From NCBI GenBank assembly GCA_964600295.1, contig CAZRIY010000004.1, positions 1 to 59,305 on the forward strand: 59,305 nucleotides of DNA. The letters are read 5' to 3'. Origin of the DNA: an uncultured Candidatus Saccharibacteria bacterium (GTDB lineage Bacteria; Patescibacteriota; Saccharimonadia; CAZHVB01). Position 1 is the first letter of the stretch. The number at the start of each line of letters is the position of its first letter. Under the pieces are notes generated by a model. It had not been told where the DNA came from, ran no database searches, and was given only the letters and a program-made list of their open reading frames with translations. This document shows positions 48,936 to 59,305 of this stretch, piece by piece. The position numbers were made by a program, and so were the translations under genes.

Positions 48936-50723
48936 TCAATCCTTCCTTAGCAGAGCGCTGAAAGCCTCGGATGGCAGCTCAATTTTGCCGATCTTCTTTA
49001 GTCGAGCCTTGCCGGCTTTTTGTTTGGCCCAAAGCTTGCGTTTACGGGTAACATCCCCCCCATATAAATTCGCGGTCACGTTTTTCCCCAAGGCTTTTAC
49101 ATCCTCCCGAGCTATTATTTTACCGCCAATCGCAGCTTGCAGACTAACCTCGAACTGCTGGCGAGGTATTACTTCTTTGAGTTTGCCCAATACCAAGCGG
49201 CCCATACTTACTGCTTCGCCCTTATGGATAATCTGGCTCAAAGATTCTAAAACTTCTCCGGCTATCAAAATATCCAAACGTACCAAGTCTTCAACCCGGT
49301 AACCGGCTATGTCATAGCTAAATGAGCCGTAACCACTGGTAAGGCTTTTTAGCCGATCATAAAAATTGGTGATTATTTTTGCCAGAGGTGCTTCAAAGCT
49401 AATCATGGCTACCCGCTCATCTGGATAAGCAATGTTGGACTGATACCCACGGATCTCGTTAATTAACTGAACCACTTGACCAACGTACTGTTGGGGGGCT
49501 ATAGCCTCACCGGTAATCCAGGGCTCGCGGATTTCTGCTAGCTTTGAACGGTCTGGCAGTTGATTAACTGATTGAATCACTTCCACCATTCCGTCAGTTT
49601 TCAGAATTTCATAATCGGTTGAAGGGTTGGTAACAATTAATTCCAGCCCAAATTCCCGCTCTAATCTTTCCTTAATTATTTCTAGATGCAGCAGCCCCAA
49701 AAATCCAATACGGAAACCGAAGCCTAAGACCGGCGAACTCTCCGGACTAAATTGCAAAGCCGCATCATTAAGTTTGAGCTTGGCTAAAGATTCCTTCAGT
49801 AGGGTGTGATCCTCATTAGATATGGGGAAGAAACTGGCAAAAACATAGGGTTTAACTGCTTGGTAACCCGGTAGGGGACGAGTGGCCGGTTGGCGCTGGC
49901 TGGTTAGAGTATCCCCCACTTGGGCCTGATCGAGCGTTTTAAGGTTAGTGACCACATAGCCAATTTCACCGGACGATAATTCTTTGGCTCGGGTTCGTGT
50001 GGGTGTTAACCAACCAACTTCCAAAGCTTCGCCGGCGGCCCCGCTGCCCAACAGGCTAATTTTATCAGCGGCGGTTAGTTTACCGTCTACTACCCTGACG
50101 TAGAGAATCACCCCACGGTACTCATCATAGGCCGAATCAAATACTAATCCTCGCAACGCACCGTCCGATGAGCCAGTTGGTGGCGGTACCTGGTCAATAA
50201 CTGCTTGGAGAATCTTATCTACCCCTGCACCGGTTTTGGCCGAGACCTTAATTACCTTTTCTGCTTTAGTACCTATTAATTTGGCCAGCTCCCTGGCTAC
50301 ACCCTCGGCATCGGCTGCTACCAGATCGATTTTGTTGACGATAGGTATTATTTTTAGACTCGCAGCTCTAGCCAAATAAGTATTGGCTAATGTTTGGGCT
50401 TGGATGCCTTGGGATCCATCCACTACCAGCAGTGCACCCTCGACGGCGGCCAACGAACGCGAAACTTCGTAAGTAAAATCAACGTGCCCTGGCGTATCGA
50501 TTAGATTAATGTTGTACCCGCGCCAATTCATTCTCACCGGCTGTAGCTTGATGGTAATCCCGCGTTCTCGCTCGAGATCCATGCTATCCAGCACTTGAGC
50601 GCGCATTTGCCGGGGGGCGATAGTACCAGTTAGTTCTAGCAAGCGGTCTGCCAGGGTCGATTTGCCGTGATCAATGTGGGCAATAATACAGATGTTACGG
50701 ATCAGAGCGAGGTCTTGGCTCAT
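48936..50723 (-). CDS. lepA: elongation factor 4
   Basis: AHIDHGKSTLADR, DTPGHVDF, GFLGLLH, YGGDVTRKRKL. Confidence 0.98.
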   Translation of the reverse strand: MSQDLALIRNICIIAHIDHGKSTLADRLLELTGTIAPRQMRAQVLDSMDLERERGITIKLQPVRMNWRGYNINLIDTPGHVDFTYEVSRSLAAVEGALLVVDGSQGIQAQTLANTYLARAASLKIIPIVNKIDLVAADAEGVARELAKLIGTKAEKVIKVSAKTGAGVDKILQAVIDQVPPPTGSSDGALRGLVFDSAYDEYRGVILYVRVVDGKLTAADKISLLGSGAAGEALEVGWLTPTRTRAKELSSGEIGYVVTNLKTLDQAQVGDTLTSQRQPATRPLPGYQAVKPYVFASFFPISNEDHTLLKESLAKLKLNDAALQFSPESSPVLGFGFRIGFLGLLHLEIIKERLEREFGLELIVTNPSTDYEILKTDGMVEVIQSVNQLPDRSKLAEIREPWITGEAIAPQQYVGQVVQLINEIRGYQSNIAYPDERVAMISFEAPLAKIITNFYDRLKSLTSGYGSFSYDIAGYRVEDLVRLDILIAGEVLESLSQIIHKGEAVSMGRLVLGKLKEVIPRQQFEVSLQAAIGGKIIAREDVKALGKNVTANLYGGDVTRKRKLWAKQKAGKARLKKIGKIELPSEAFSALLRKD

Positions 50724-52303
50724 GGTTCGATTTGATGGCGTCGAAAAATGAAAGCAGCGATGTGTTCAATTACCTGTTCGGCCTCGCGCAAACCGATAAA
50801 CCATCCCACACCCAAATAAGTCAGGACGCTAACCGAACCAATAATGCCAAACTTGGGAGCCAGCGCCCAAAAACCGGTTTCGCCCGAGATCAGCGGAAAG
50901 GCATGTCGCACCATCAGATAAGCCACCAGCGAAGCTACCAAGGTAGCAAATATAATTTTAACTAGATTGACTACCGACTTGGCATTAATGAAGGCACCCA
51001 GTCGAGAGCGCATTACCCCAAATAACACCAGCGCTTCAATACCTGCCACCAAAGACTGGGCCATAGCCAGACCGCGGATGCCGTAAATTTTGACAAATAG
51101 CAGGGCCGCTACCACGTTGATGCCTAACGAAATAATGCTGGTGTAGAGCGGAGTTCGGGTATCCTGATAAGCATAAAAAACTCGTGAGATCAGCCGGATT
51201 AAGCATTGAAAAATTATTGCGCCGACGAACCAGCCCAGGATGCTAGCGGTTGTCGGATCACCAAATCCAAACAGTAAACGCACAATGTAACCCCGCAAAA
51301 TCAGGAACAGCGCAGCGGTTGGAATGACCAGCCAAAGCATGATTCGGACGGTTTCGCCGATCTGTTTTTTAAGGGCCTCGGTACTACCGCTAGCAGCTTT
51401 TTCAGAAATTCGGGGAAAGGTAGCGGTAGCAATGGTAGCTCCTATTAAAGTAATTGGCAGGTTCTTTAAATTAAAGGCGTATTGGTAAGCTGCAATTGAC
51501 CCAACCGCTAGACCAGATGCAATTGCTCGTTCAATTACAGCACTTAGGTGCTCTACACCCTCATCGATAGATCGTGGCATCATAAGTCTGAGAACTTGCC
51601 GAAAGCCGCGATTCTTCCAGAAAATTCGCAGCTGATAAGTGTAGCCCAGCCCGATTAGTCCCAAGTACTGGATGCCCATTTGCAGGGCAGCACCAACCAC
51701 CGCTCCCACAGCCACGCCCTCGATACCGTAGCTGGGTGATAGGCCCAAAATACCGACAATAATTCCCAAATTGTAAACTACCGGAGCCATGGCAAAAAAG
51801 AAGAAGCGGCCGAAGGCTTGCTGCATACTGGCAAACACACTGGAAATCGAAAACAAAAAGGGGTTGATAGCTAAGATTCGGGCTAAAGAAACCGCGATAT
51901 CGTGGCGAGCTTGATCAAATTTGGGTGCTACTGCCCACATCAGGGGGTCGGCGAAGACGAAAATTAAGATCGATGCCAAGAAAGTCGAGATAGCCAAAAA
52001 ATTGAGCATACTCGAGGACAACTCCCAAGCCGAACGGTGGTTGCCCGCTACTAGACGTTCGGTGAGAACCGGAATAAAGGTAACTGCTAATGCGCCCGAT
52101 ACCAGCAGATAAAAAACCAGGTCTGGTATTGAAAAAGCCGCAAAGTAGGCATCAAGAGTATCGGTTAAACCAAAGCGGGCAGCCAGCAAACGGTCACGGA
52201 TTAAACCCAGTATGGCGCTGACAAAATACGAGCCGGCCAGCAGTGCCGCGGCCGTACTAATTTTTATATGACGGTTGGCTCGAGCTACAACCTTATCTAT
52301 CAC
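50720..52303 (-). CDS. murJ: lipid II flippase MurJ/MviN
   Basis: ILGLIRD, DAYFAAF.IPD, GAL..FIP, FYAYQDTRTP; about 14 TM. Confidence 0.95.
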   Translation of the reverse strand: MIDKVVARANRHIKISTAAALLAGSYFVSAILGLIRDRLLAARFGLTDTLDAYFAAFSIPDLVFYLLVSGALAVTFIPVLTERLVAGNHRSAWELSSSMLNFLAISTFLASILIFVFADPLMWAVAPKFDQARHDIAVSLARILAINPFLFSISSVFASMQQAFGRFFFFAMAPVVYNLGIIVGILGLSPSYGIEGVAVGAVVGAALQMGIQYLGLIGLGYTYQLRIFWKNRGFRQVLRLMMPRSIDEGVEHLSAVIERAIASGLAVGSIAAYQYAFNLKNLPITLIGATIATATFPRISEKAASGSTEALKKQIGETVRIMLWLVIPTAALFLILRGYIVRLLFGFGDPTTASILGWFVGAIIFQCLIRLISRVFYAYQDTRTPLYTSIISLGINVVAALLFVKIYGIRGLAMAQSLVAGIEALVLFGVMRSRLGAFINAKSVVNLVKIIFATLVASLVAYLMVRHAFPLISGETGFWALAPKFGIIGSVSVLTYLGVGWFIGLREAEQVIEHIAAFIFRRHQIEP

Positions 52304-52385
52304 TCGGGCACCCTTTTGCGGTTATAAAAGTCATTATTATTACCTACGCCCGAGTTTACTACACCTGGTGGTAAAAGGTGCTGGG

Positions 52386-54245
52386 CTAAGCCGCAGCTGG
52401 TCTGGGTATCTCCGCCCCTTTGAGGAGAGATAGGATATTTTCTTCCTCTAGCGTCTCATGGCTCAGCAGCTCCTTGGCTAGTTTCTCTAGGAGCTGGCGG
52501 TTGTGGGCAATCACCGCTCGGGCTCTGGCAGTTGCCTCTTTGAGTAGCTTGAAAATCTCGCCATCAATAGTGTTAGCAGTGGCTTCAGAATAGGTTTTGG
52601 AGTGCATAAATTCGCGGTCCAATAAGAAAGTGTGCTCATCATTATCGAGCGATTGATTCGGCAGAGATGAACTCATGCCGTACTTGACTACAATATCCCG
52701 AGCGATTTGGGTGGCCCGGCGCAGATCATTGCCGGCACCGGTGGTAACTTTATCTGGGCCGTACATCATTTCTTCGGCCACCCGGCCGCCCATAGCCATG
52801 GCCATTTCATCCTTAAACTCGGACAAACTTTTATAACTGCGGTCCTCTACGGGCAGACTCCAAGTTATACCGCCAGCCTGTCCACGAGCCACAATTGTCA
52901 CTTTGTGAATGGGATCAGCATCGGGTAGTACATGCCCTACCAGGGCGTGTCCGCTTTCGTGATAGGCGGTTAGCTCTTTTTCGCGTTCGCTCATAACTTT
53001 GCTCTTGCGTTCTGGCCCAATCGCCACTTTTTCAAAAGCATCATCTAGATCTTTGGTAGTAATTTCTTTACGGCCACGGCGGGCAGCCAAAATAGCGGCT
53101 TCGTTGGCAACATTGGAGATGTCGGCTCCGCTCATACCGGCGGTTTTGCCAGCTAGTCCTTCCAGCTTGGCTTCAGCGGATAAAGGTTTGTTTTTAAGGT
53201 GGACTTTCAAAATTTCCAGCCGGGCTTTGCGATCGGGCAAATCTAAAATCACTTGCCGATCAAAGCGGCCGGGGCGCAATAGCGCGGGATCAAGTACGTC
53301 TGGCCGGTTGGTTGCCGCCAGCACGATTACATTAGTTCCTTGCTCAAAACCATCCATTTCTACCAAGATTTGATTGAGGGTTTGCTCCCGTTCGTCGTGT
53401 CCCCCGCCCAGTCCGGAACCACGGCGGCGACCGACCGCGTCGATTTCATCAATGAAAATAATGCAAGGGGCATTCTTTTTACCCTTCATAAACAGGTCGC
53501 GGACTCGGCTGGCGCCTACGCCAACAAACATCTCCACAAATTCGGAGGCCGAAATATTAAAAAATGGTACGCGGGCTTCGCCGGCTACGGCGCGCGCCAA
53601 CAGCGTTTTACCGGTACCGGGTGCGCCCACCATTAGCACTCCCTTGGGAATACGTGCCCCAAGATCCAGAAACTTCTTGGGAAACTTTAAAAATTCCACA
53701 ATTTCTTGTAACTCCTCTTTGGCCTCTTCTGAACCCGCAACATCAACAAAGGTGATTCTTTTTTCCTCCGTACCACTGCCGAAAACCCTGGCCTTACTTT
53801 TGCCGAAGCCCAACGCCTGCTGATTAGACCCTTGGGCTTGGCGCATCATGAAATAGAAGAAGCCCATAATCAGAAAAATCGGTAAGAGAGAAACCAAAAA
53901 AATATCCACCCAGCGTCCGGCGCCACCACTGGGGTTCTTGGTTTCGATGGTTACTTCGGAGGGGTTAATGCCGTATTCGGTTAAACTAACGGTTGGATCT
54001 TCCTTAAAGGTAACCAGTTTAGGGGCATCTTTATTCTTAAGCGTTGCCGTAAGTGTATTACCCTCAACCTCAATTTTTTCGATTTCTTGATTTTTTACCT
54101 TGGCAATAACTTCAGATAGTGTCACCTCTTCAGTATTGCCGGTCGGCACTGCTGAGGCCAAAATTACCAGCCCCACCAGCAAACTGACTACAATTATACC
54201 GAGGTTGCGCGATGGCTTTTTATTGACAATTTTTCGGGGATCCAT
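52386..54245 (-). CDS. ftsH: ATP-dependent zinc metalloprotease FtsH
   Basis: [28 protein letters not shown]. Confidence 0.98.
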   Translation of the reverse strand: MDPRKIVNKKPSRNLGIIVVSLLVGLVILASAVPTGNTEEVTLSEVIAKVKNQEIEKIEVEGNTLTATLKNKDAPKLVTFKEDPTVSLTEYGINPSEVTIETKNPSGGAGRWVDIFLVSLLPIFLIMGFFYFMMRQAQGSNQQALGFGKSKARVFGSGTEEKRITFVDVAGSEEAKEELQEIVEFLKFPKKFLDLGARIPKGVLMVGAPGTGKTLLARAVAGEARVPFFNISASEFVEMFVGVGASRVRDLFMKGKKNAPCIIFIDEIDAVGRRRGSGLGGGHDEREQTLNQILVEMDGFEQGTNVIVLAATNRPDVLDPALLRPGRFDRQVILDLPDRKARLEILKVHLKNKPLSAEAKLEGLAGKTAGMSGADISNVANEAAILAARRGRKEITTKDLDDAFEKVAIGPERKSKVMSEREKELTAYHESGHALVGHVLPDADPIHKVTIVARGQAGGITWSLPVEDRSYKSLSEFKDEMAMAMGGRVAEEMMYGPDKVTTGAGNDLRRATQIARDIVVKYGMSSSLPNQSLDNDEHTFLLDREFMHSKTYSEATANTIDGEIFKLLKEATARARAVIAHNRQLLEKLAKELLSHETLEEENILSLLKGAEIPRPAAA

Positions 54246-54279
54246 AGATTTCTACTCTAATATATAATTTAGCCGGCTG

Positions 54280-55197
54280 CTAGTGAGCCAACTGATTTTT
54301 GACCAGACGGAGGATATCATTATCGCTTTCGGCTCGCAATTGGTTGGTTAGGTTTAGGCTGCTCTTGCCCGCAGTTTTGGCAAAAAGTGCCAGTCGCCGC
54401 AAATGTTTGCCATCGAGTTGACTACCAAGGCCGGCGGCCGCCAGGCGTAATATATCGGCCAGCTGACGGTTTTCTAGCATAATCAAATCGTAACGACGAA
54501 ACTTAATTGAGCTGGGTTTAACTTCGGCAAGTCTATTTAGTATGGCTTGTGATTTCTCTAACTCCCGCTGGTTTAACCGAGCCAGCCGCTGTAAATCTTT
54601 GGTTAGCCATCCGCGATGGAGTAAGGGAAGTGTGCGGTGACGGATAAAATTGCGGACAATTTGTAAATCTTGATTAGTGGGATCTTCCCGCCAGTCTAAC
54701 TTTTGGACCCAGGCGTACTTAATTAGTTCAGCTTTGGTTAAATCAAGCAAGGGCCGAATGATCTTCTGGTGCAGCTGCATCGGTGTCATACCCCAGCGTT
54801 CAGCCCCCCTCCCGACATTAAATACCGCTGTTTCCAGCGCATCATCTAGATGATGCGCCGTGATAATGGCTGCGGCCTTAGTTTGGGTTTGAACTTGCTC
54901 CAGCCAGCGATAGCGAGCCTGTCGCGCGACATCCTCGCTGGATTTACCCAGCTTGGCCTGCTTAGTTATAAAACGTAGGCCATACTTGTGGCTTAACGTT
55001 TTGACAAACAGACGATCTTCGGCTGAATCCCGACGCATTCCATGATCAAAGTGAGCCACGATCAGTAGATATCTTCGCTTCTTGGCAGTTTTGGCCATGA
55101 TATCAAGCAAGCTCATTGAATCCACCCCGCCCGAAATAGCTAATACGTATTTGGCTGCGGAGGGATAATTTACTTTATCGGCAATAGTCTTGGGCAT
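54280..55197 (-). CDS. tilS: tRNA(Ile)-lysidine synthetase
   Basis: SGGVDS PP-loop, HFDHGMR, ARY, AHH.DD..ET, RPLL, EDPTN, RN.IR. Confidence 0.95.
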   Translation of the reverse strand: MPKTIADKVNYPSAAKYVLAISGGVDSMSLLDIMAKTAKKRRYLLIVAHFDHGMRRDSAEDRLFVKTLSHKYGLRFITKQAKLGKSSEDVARQARYRWLEQVQTQTKAAAIITAHHLDDALETAVFNVGRGAERWGMTPMQLHQKIIRPLLDLTKAELIKYAWVQKLDWREDPTNQDLQIVRNFIRHRTLPLLHRGWLTKDLQRLARLNQRELEKSQAILNRLAEVKPSSIKFRRYDLIMLENRQLADILRLAAAGLGSQLDGKHLRRLALFAKTAGKSSLNLTNQLRAESDNDILRLVKNQLAH

Positions 55198-55278
55198 AAA
55201 AATGGTGGTGTTAATTGAACATCTTTCGAACCCACAATTCAGACAAACGATCCAGAGGCTTCACGATCTCATTGATAA

Positions 55279-55563
55279 CTAGGTGACACAATGTATCCAG
55301 GATACGATATACCAGCAAACAAACAGAATTAGTGTTATGAACGAAGCGTGCAAACCGATTGACCATGAATGCGACCTTATGGTGGCATGGTGTTGCGCCA
55401 TGGAGAACATCAAGCCGGCACCGGCCAGTGTCAACGTCACTGGCCAAAAATGTACATCACAATCAACAAGCATATAGAACGAGGTGGCTGTGAGTAAGAC
55501 CCCGATAGCTGTGAATGATCTAATGCTTGGGTGCGCAAATTCGCGCGAGATTTGTTCTTTCAT
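55279..55563 (-). CDS. small membrane protein
   Basis: ATG start, three hydrophobic segments. Confidence 0.5.
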   Translation of the reverse strand: MKEQISREFAHPSIRSFTAIGVLLTATSFYMLVDCDVHFWPVTLTLAGAGLMFSMAQHHATIRSHSWSIGLHASFITLILFVCWYIVSWIHCVT

Positions 55564-55715
55564 CTGCCGCTTTCATCTAGTACATCAATATTCGAGCAAT
55601 TCGTAAAGAACTGGGCACGAGGATCAGGGGTGTGGTTCGAATGAGAGTATTTATTGGGTTCGAACAATCCCTCGAAAATGGCTTCTGAGCAGCAAGAACG
55701 AGGTTCTTGTTCACT

Positions 55716-55790
55716 TGGTGGCAGTGGGTGGATTTGAACCACCGACCAACGGCTTATGAGTCCGCTGCTCTACCCCTGAGCTACACTGCC
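55716..55790 (-). tRNA. tRNA with CAT anticodon (elongator Met or Ile2)
   Basis: GGCAGTGTAGCTCAGGGG...CTCATAA...GGTTCAAATCC...ACCA; G1-C72 paired, so not initiator. Confidence 0.92.
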
Positions 55791-55827
55791 CCCAGTTATC
55801 TGATTATAACGATATCAATGAACATTT

Positions 55828-56733
55828 TTAAGCGGCAGCGCGGATTTGGTTGATTTGATCGTGTAAGAATAAGGCAGCTTGCCTCACTGCCTGTTTGTAA
55901 CTTTGGCCGGCGTGCGGCTTGGGGTAAACAATCCCTCGCGACGAATTGATAATTATCCCCCGGCCGCGCCCATCTAAGCCGTTCGCTACCGCCTCTTGTA
56001 AATTACCGTGTTGCGCACCAATTCCCGGAACCAACATCGGCAGCTCACCAACGGTTTGGCGCACTACGCTTAGAGCATCGGGGTCAGTAGCAGCCACCAC
56101 TACAGCGCAATTATTGTTGTAATTCCAATCAGCAACTACTTCCGCGGCTATAAAGCGATAAAGATCGTCGGTTTGTAACATGTTCGTCTGTGGATCGTAA
56201 TCCTGTACTCGCTGTTTTTGGAGCCGGCCATTCATTTCGCCCGACGTTCGGACCAATACTATTACTCCCTTATCGGCCTGTTCGGTAAAGGGTCGCATGG
56301 CGTCCGGGCCACCAAACGGCACTACCGTAACTGCATCCGCTCCTATTCTCTCGAAACTAAATACGGCATTAGCCTCGTTGGCCTCGGCTATTCCGCCGGC
56401 CCATTTTGCGTCTAAAATTACCGGCATATTACGATCTCGATGTTTGATGTACTTAACAGTATGCGCAAGTGCTTCCACACCAACCGATCCTAGGGGAAGA
56501 TAAAAACTTAGATCTGGCTTATAGGCGGCCGCCACGTCAATCGTGGCATCAACTATCAAATTATTAAAATTTATGACGTTCCAGTAAGCAAAGCTTTGAC
56601 GAAATTCATCTGGCAATTTGTCCGGGTAGAGATCCAATCCAACAGATACAAATTTATTTTCGTCCCATTTGGCTTCCAGCATTTCGTTGAAGGTTAAATC
56701 TGGTTGGGGCTCAGTCTCTGGACTAACTATCAT
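55828..56733 (-). CDS. pyrF: orotidine-5'-phosphate decarboxylase-like protein (type 2)
   Basis: VGLD, AYKP, ILDAK, LVRTS, LVPGIGAQ.G, INSSRGI; second Asp of DxKxxD missing. Confidence 0.8.
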   Translation of the reverse strand: MIVSPETEPQPDLTFNEMLEAKWDENKFVSVGLDLYPDKLPDEFRQSFAYWNVINFNNLIVDATIDVAAAYKPDLSFYLPLGSVGVEALAHTVKYIKHRDRNMPVILDAKWAGGIAEANEANAVFSFERIGADAVTVVPFGGPDAMRPFTEQADKGVIVLVRTSGEMNGRLQKQRVQDYDPQTNMLQTDDLYRFIAAEVVADWNYNNNCAVVVAATDPDALSVVRQTVGELPMLVPGIGAQHGNLQEAVANGLDGRGRGIIINSSRGIVYPKPHAGQSYKQAVRQAALFLHDQINQIRAAA

Positions 56734-56784
56734 CTCTAGCGTTCAGTTTGGGGGCAGTGCAAATTTTTGGCAAGCTTAAGCGAT

Positions 56785-58500
56785 TTACCAGGAGCCACCG
56801 CCTCCGCCCGAGGATCCTCCACCCGATCCACTGCCGGACTGGGTGGGTGTGAAACTTGATGAAACCGAGCGGCTAAAATCGCTGCCCAGTGAGCTGGCAA
56901 AAGCCACCGAATGGAAACTACCGGATGGCGATGAGTACCAGCCGCCTTGTTTGGTTATATCCATACCCTCGAATTGCTTGGCCCATTGCCGCTCTACCCC
57001 CAGCGCCACCGCATAGGGCAAGAATTGATGAAACTGCTTGGGATTCTTGGTTGGCGCGTTATGGAACTGCAGTCGGTCTTTCTCGGTAAAGGTTAAAAAT
57101 GTCTTAAAACCTTCGACTTCGGCCCATTGCTCATAGCCAGCTTGGCTAAGCTGGGTACGTAAGCTAATTATCCAGCCAAAGATTACGCCGATAAAAGCTG
57201 TTACCCAAGAAAAAATAACCAAAGGTTGGCTAACCCCATTTCTCCAAGCAATGAAATTTAGAACCGATACCGCCACTACCAGAATCAAACGTGGTCGGAT
57301 GTACCAGGGAAGCCGCCGTTTTGACGACTTGGTGTAATAACCGTTTGCTTCTAAACGCTGCTCTATTTGCTTCTTGGCGGTTTCAATTGCGCTGCTGGCT
57401 TTGCTAGCAATAATTTCATCCAGCGCTACCTTCTTACTTGACCCATCATTAAAGATCATATCCAGCAACTGTTTTTCATAATCGCGCGCTTGTTTGTAGT
57501 TCTTTAGTAAATGAAAGCGGTACTTGGCTTTGCGAAACAGCCCCTTGGACTGAGTCTGCTCAATTTTGATAAAACCGCGGATCGCCAAATCAATTAGGGT
57601 GGCGCTAATTTCGGCCATAGTGGCCCGGTTATCATTCAACATGCCAATTTCGGCCGGGGACAGTTTATCTGGTGATTCGTATTGCGGTACCACAATTTGT
57701 TGGGATAGTTGATAGCGGTGCTTGGCCCAAGACCACAAGCGCTTGAATATTCCATACAGTAGCGCACCCACACCTACTATAAAGCCAAGTATAGGCCGCC
57801 AATCGGGTGGTGGTGGGTCTTGCGACGCCAAATAGGTGGAGAATGAATTTGGAGTAAGTAGTAAGTCCGCGGTTAAACCTTCGCCGGAATCAAGCGCTAA
57901 ATCTTCGAAAGTGCGGCTGTTGGCTTCGCCTCGGATGCGACAATTTTGGTCGGTTGAACCAACCGGCCCGCTGTAACAAACCTGTCTTAAGATCTGTACC
58001 TGAGGCTCAAAATTTACCGTAATTTGGGCCAGCTCAATCGGAACCTCCCAGTAATTGCCGGTTAGATTCCAGTTAAAGAAATCGCCCGCCGGATCGCGCT
58101 CGACTACCGGCCACATCTGATAATTAATCTCATAACGATGCAGCCCACTAATAGTTCTATTTGGGTTGCCCAGCCGTATAACCTGATACTCTCCCTCGCG
58201 GCTAAGTGCAACCTCGGCTTCGGTTCCGTCCTGTTTGGCGCCCAAGAATTTGAAGTTGTAATAGTAGAACTGGTTAGAATCCCCAGCTTTGGTGCGAAGA
58301 GGCACGAAACGTTTAATACCGTGGCGTTCAAAGTTTACGAAATCATAGTCGATGGTCTCGGTAATGGTGGCCACATTATCCCGGCTGACGTTGATCTGAC
58401 TAACGAATTTGGGAATTTCTTCGCCGCCACTATGCGCCAGTAATACCAACGGCATTGCCAAGACCAGTAGTGCGAGGGCAAATTTTGACAGTAACCTCAT
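56785..58500 (-). CDS. DUF2207 family membrane protein
   Basis: Signal peptide, TITETI.Y.F, HGI.R, WN.TG..W, LIDLAIRG, LPYAVALG, Gly/Ser tail ending GGGGGSW. Confidence 0.92.
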   Translation of the reverse strand: MRLLSKFALALLVLAMPLVLLAHSGGEEIPKFVSQINVSRDNVATITETIDYDFVNFERHGIKRFVPLRTKAGDSNQFYYYNFKFLGAKQDGTEAEVALSREGEYQVIRLGNPNRTISGLHRYEINYQMWPVVERDPAGDFFNWNLTGNYWEVPIELAQITVNFEPQVQILRQVCYSGPVGSTDQNCRIRGEANSRTFEDLALDSGEGLTADLLLTPNSFSTYLASQDPPPPDWRPILGFIVGVGALLYGIFKRLWSWAKHRYQLSQQIVVPQYESPDKLSPAEIGMLNDNRATMAEISATLIDLAIRGFIKIEQTQSKGLFRKAKYRFHLLKNYKQARDYEKQLLDMIFNDGSSKKVALDEIIASKASSAIETAKKQIEQRLEANGYYTKSSKRRLPWYIRPRLILVVAVSVLNFIAWRNGVSQPLVIFSWVTAFIGVIFGWIISLRTQLSQAGYEQWAEVEGFKTFLTFTEKDRLQFHNAPTKNPKQFHQFLPYAVALGVERQWAKQFEGMDITKQGGWYSSPSGSFHSVAFASSLGSDFSRSVSSSFTPTQSGSGSGGGSSGGGGGSW

Positions 58501-58596
58501 TACCGCCATTATAACTCCATCACATTGCTACTGAATTAGTTCAGTATTTCAGAGAATATAAAAAATCCACCTAAAAGATGGCTGGGAACTTGCTTT

Positions 58597-58671
58597 TGGT
58601 AGCGGGGGCAGGATTCGAACCTGCGACCTTCGGGTTATGAGCCCGACGAGCTGCCACTGCTCCACCCCGCG
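58597..58671 (-). tRNA. initiator tRNA-fMet(CAT)
   Basis: CGCGGGG 5' end with unpaired C1, GGG/CCC anticodon-stem pairs, CAT anticodon. Confidence 0.96.
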
Positions 58672-58732
58672 CCGTTTGGATCATTTTGTTTTAGTCAAGC
58701 TCTAGTCTAGTGGCGGGGGTAGCAGATGTCAA

Positions 58733-59188
58733 TTAGCCGTTTCGAGGTTCGCGTTTGAAAAGGAAAAACAGCCAATGTTCTAAATTATTTAGCGCTTTTT
58801 GGGTCGGGGATTGGATTACCTCCGTCTGTACCCCAGTTGGTATCTTGGAGGGGAAAATAACCACTTTCTCGCCCGGTGCCTGCAGACCCAATTTATCGCG
58901 GGCTTCCTTTTCGGCAAAAGCGTCGGTTCGATAATAAGCTATCTGATATTCCAGTTCCTGATTTTTTAGTTTCTGCAATTCAATTTCTGCGGCTAAAGAA
59001 TCCACTTCCTTCTGCAATTTGTAGTTGCGGCTGATTACCTGCAAAGTGGCAAAACCCATATAGCCAATAATTAACAGGGCTATTAAGTTAACTAGGTTGC
59101 GTCGATTGAAGTATTGTCTGGTTTTGCGCCACATTTTTATTTTTGGTAAGCTTAAGCTCTTAATTATATCTGTAAACAATCTAAGCAC
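58733..59188 (-). CDS. septum formation initiator (FtsB/DivIC family)
   Basis: TM, coiled coil, EKEARDKLGL..PGEKV; true start may be Met at 59134. Confidence 0.88.
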   Translation of the reverse strand: MLRLFTDIIKSLSLPKIKMWRKTRQYFNRRNLVNLIALLIIGYMGFATLQVISRNYKLQKEVDSLAAEIELQKLKNQELEYQIAYYRTDAFAEKEARDKLGLQAPGEKVVIFPSKIPTGVQTEVIQSPTQKALNNLEHWLFFLFKREPRNG

Positions 59189-59229
59189 AAAATTGTAAAC
59201 CGAGCGTCAGCTGTTTACAATTTTGGGGT

Positions 59230-59305
<76 letters not shown>

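Noticed and set aside
55560-55742. 60-aa ORF MVQIHPLPP
   Set aside because: It starts inside the tRNA T-arm, a typical tRNA-derived spurious ORF

Overview
A 59 kb piece of a small-genome bacterial chromosome, most consistent with Patescibacteria/CPR (Saccharibacteria-like). This is inferred from the gene content: short TsaB, HQLRTP-type kinase, WhiB, class F sortase, monoderm-type pilus cluster without secretin, and very short intergenic spaces. Core genes include glyA, murA, tsaB/tsaE, pyrE, folD, recA, a type IV pilus operon, ruvCAB/yebC, hrcA-grpE-dnaK-dnaJ with a CIRCE operator, gmk, lepA, murJ, ftsH, tilS, a pyrF-like gene and six tRNAs (Lys-CTT, Arg-TCG, Lys-TTT and three CAT). The most unusual parts are as follows. 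(1) An AT-richer accessory block at about 11.7-16.9 kb looks like a graspetide (ATP-grasp RiPP) cluster: a small precursor, DUF6624 and an MvdC/D-type ligase, with divergent arginine decarboxylase, GNAT and EamA genes and a DUF2156 transferase. (2) Two convergent, heavily base-paired, roughly 390-nt non-coding units at 0.2-1.07 kb, each with a promoter and terminator. (3) An operon with two RimK-type ligases, a RimB-like protease and a DUF1704/MATCAP-like metallopeptidase. (4) Degenerate tRNA 3'-end scars and a 20-bp mobile palindrome. (5) Pervasive leaderless gene starts. All calls come from reading motifs by eye; no searches were run.
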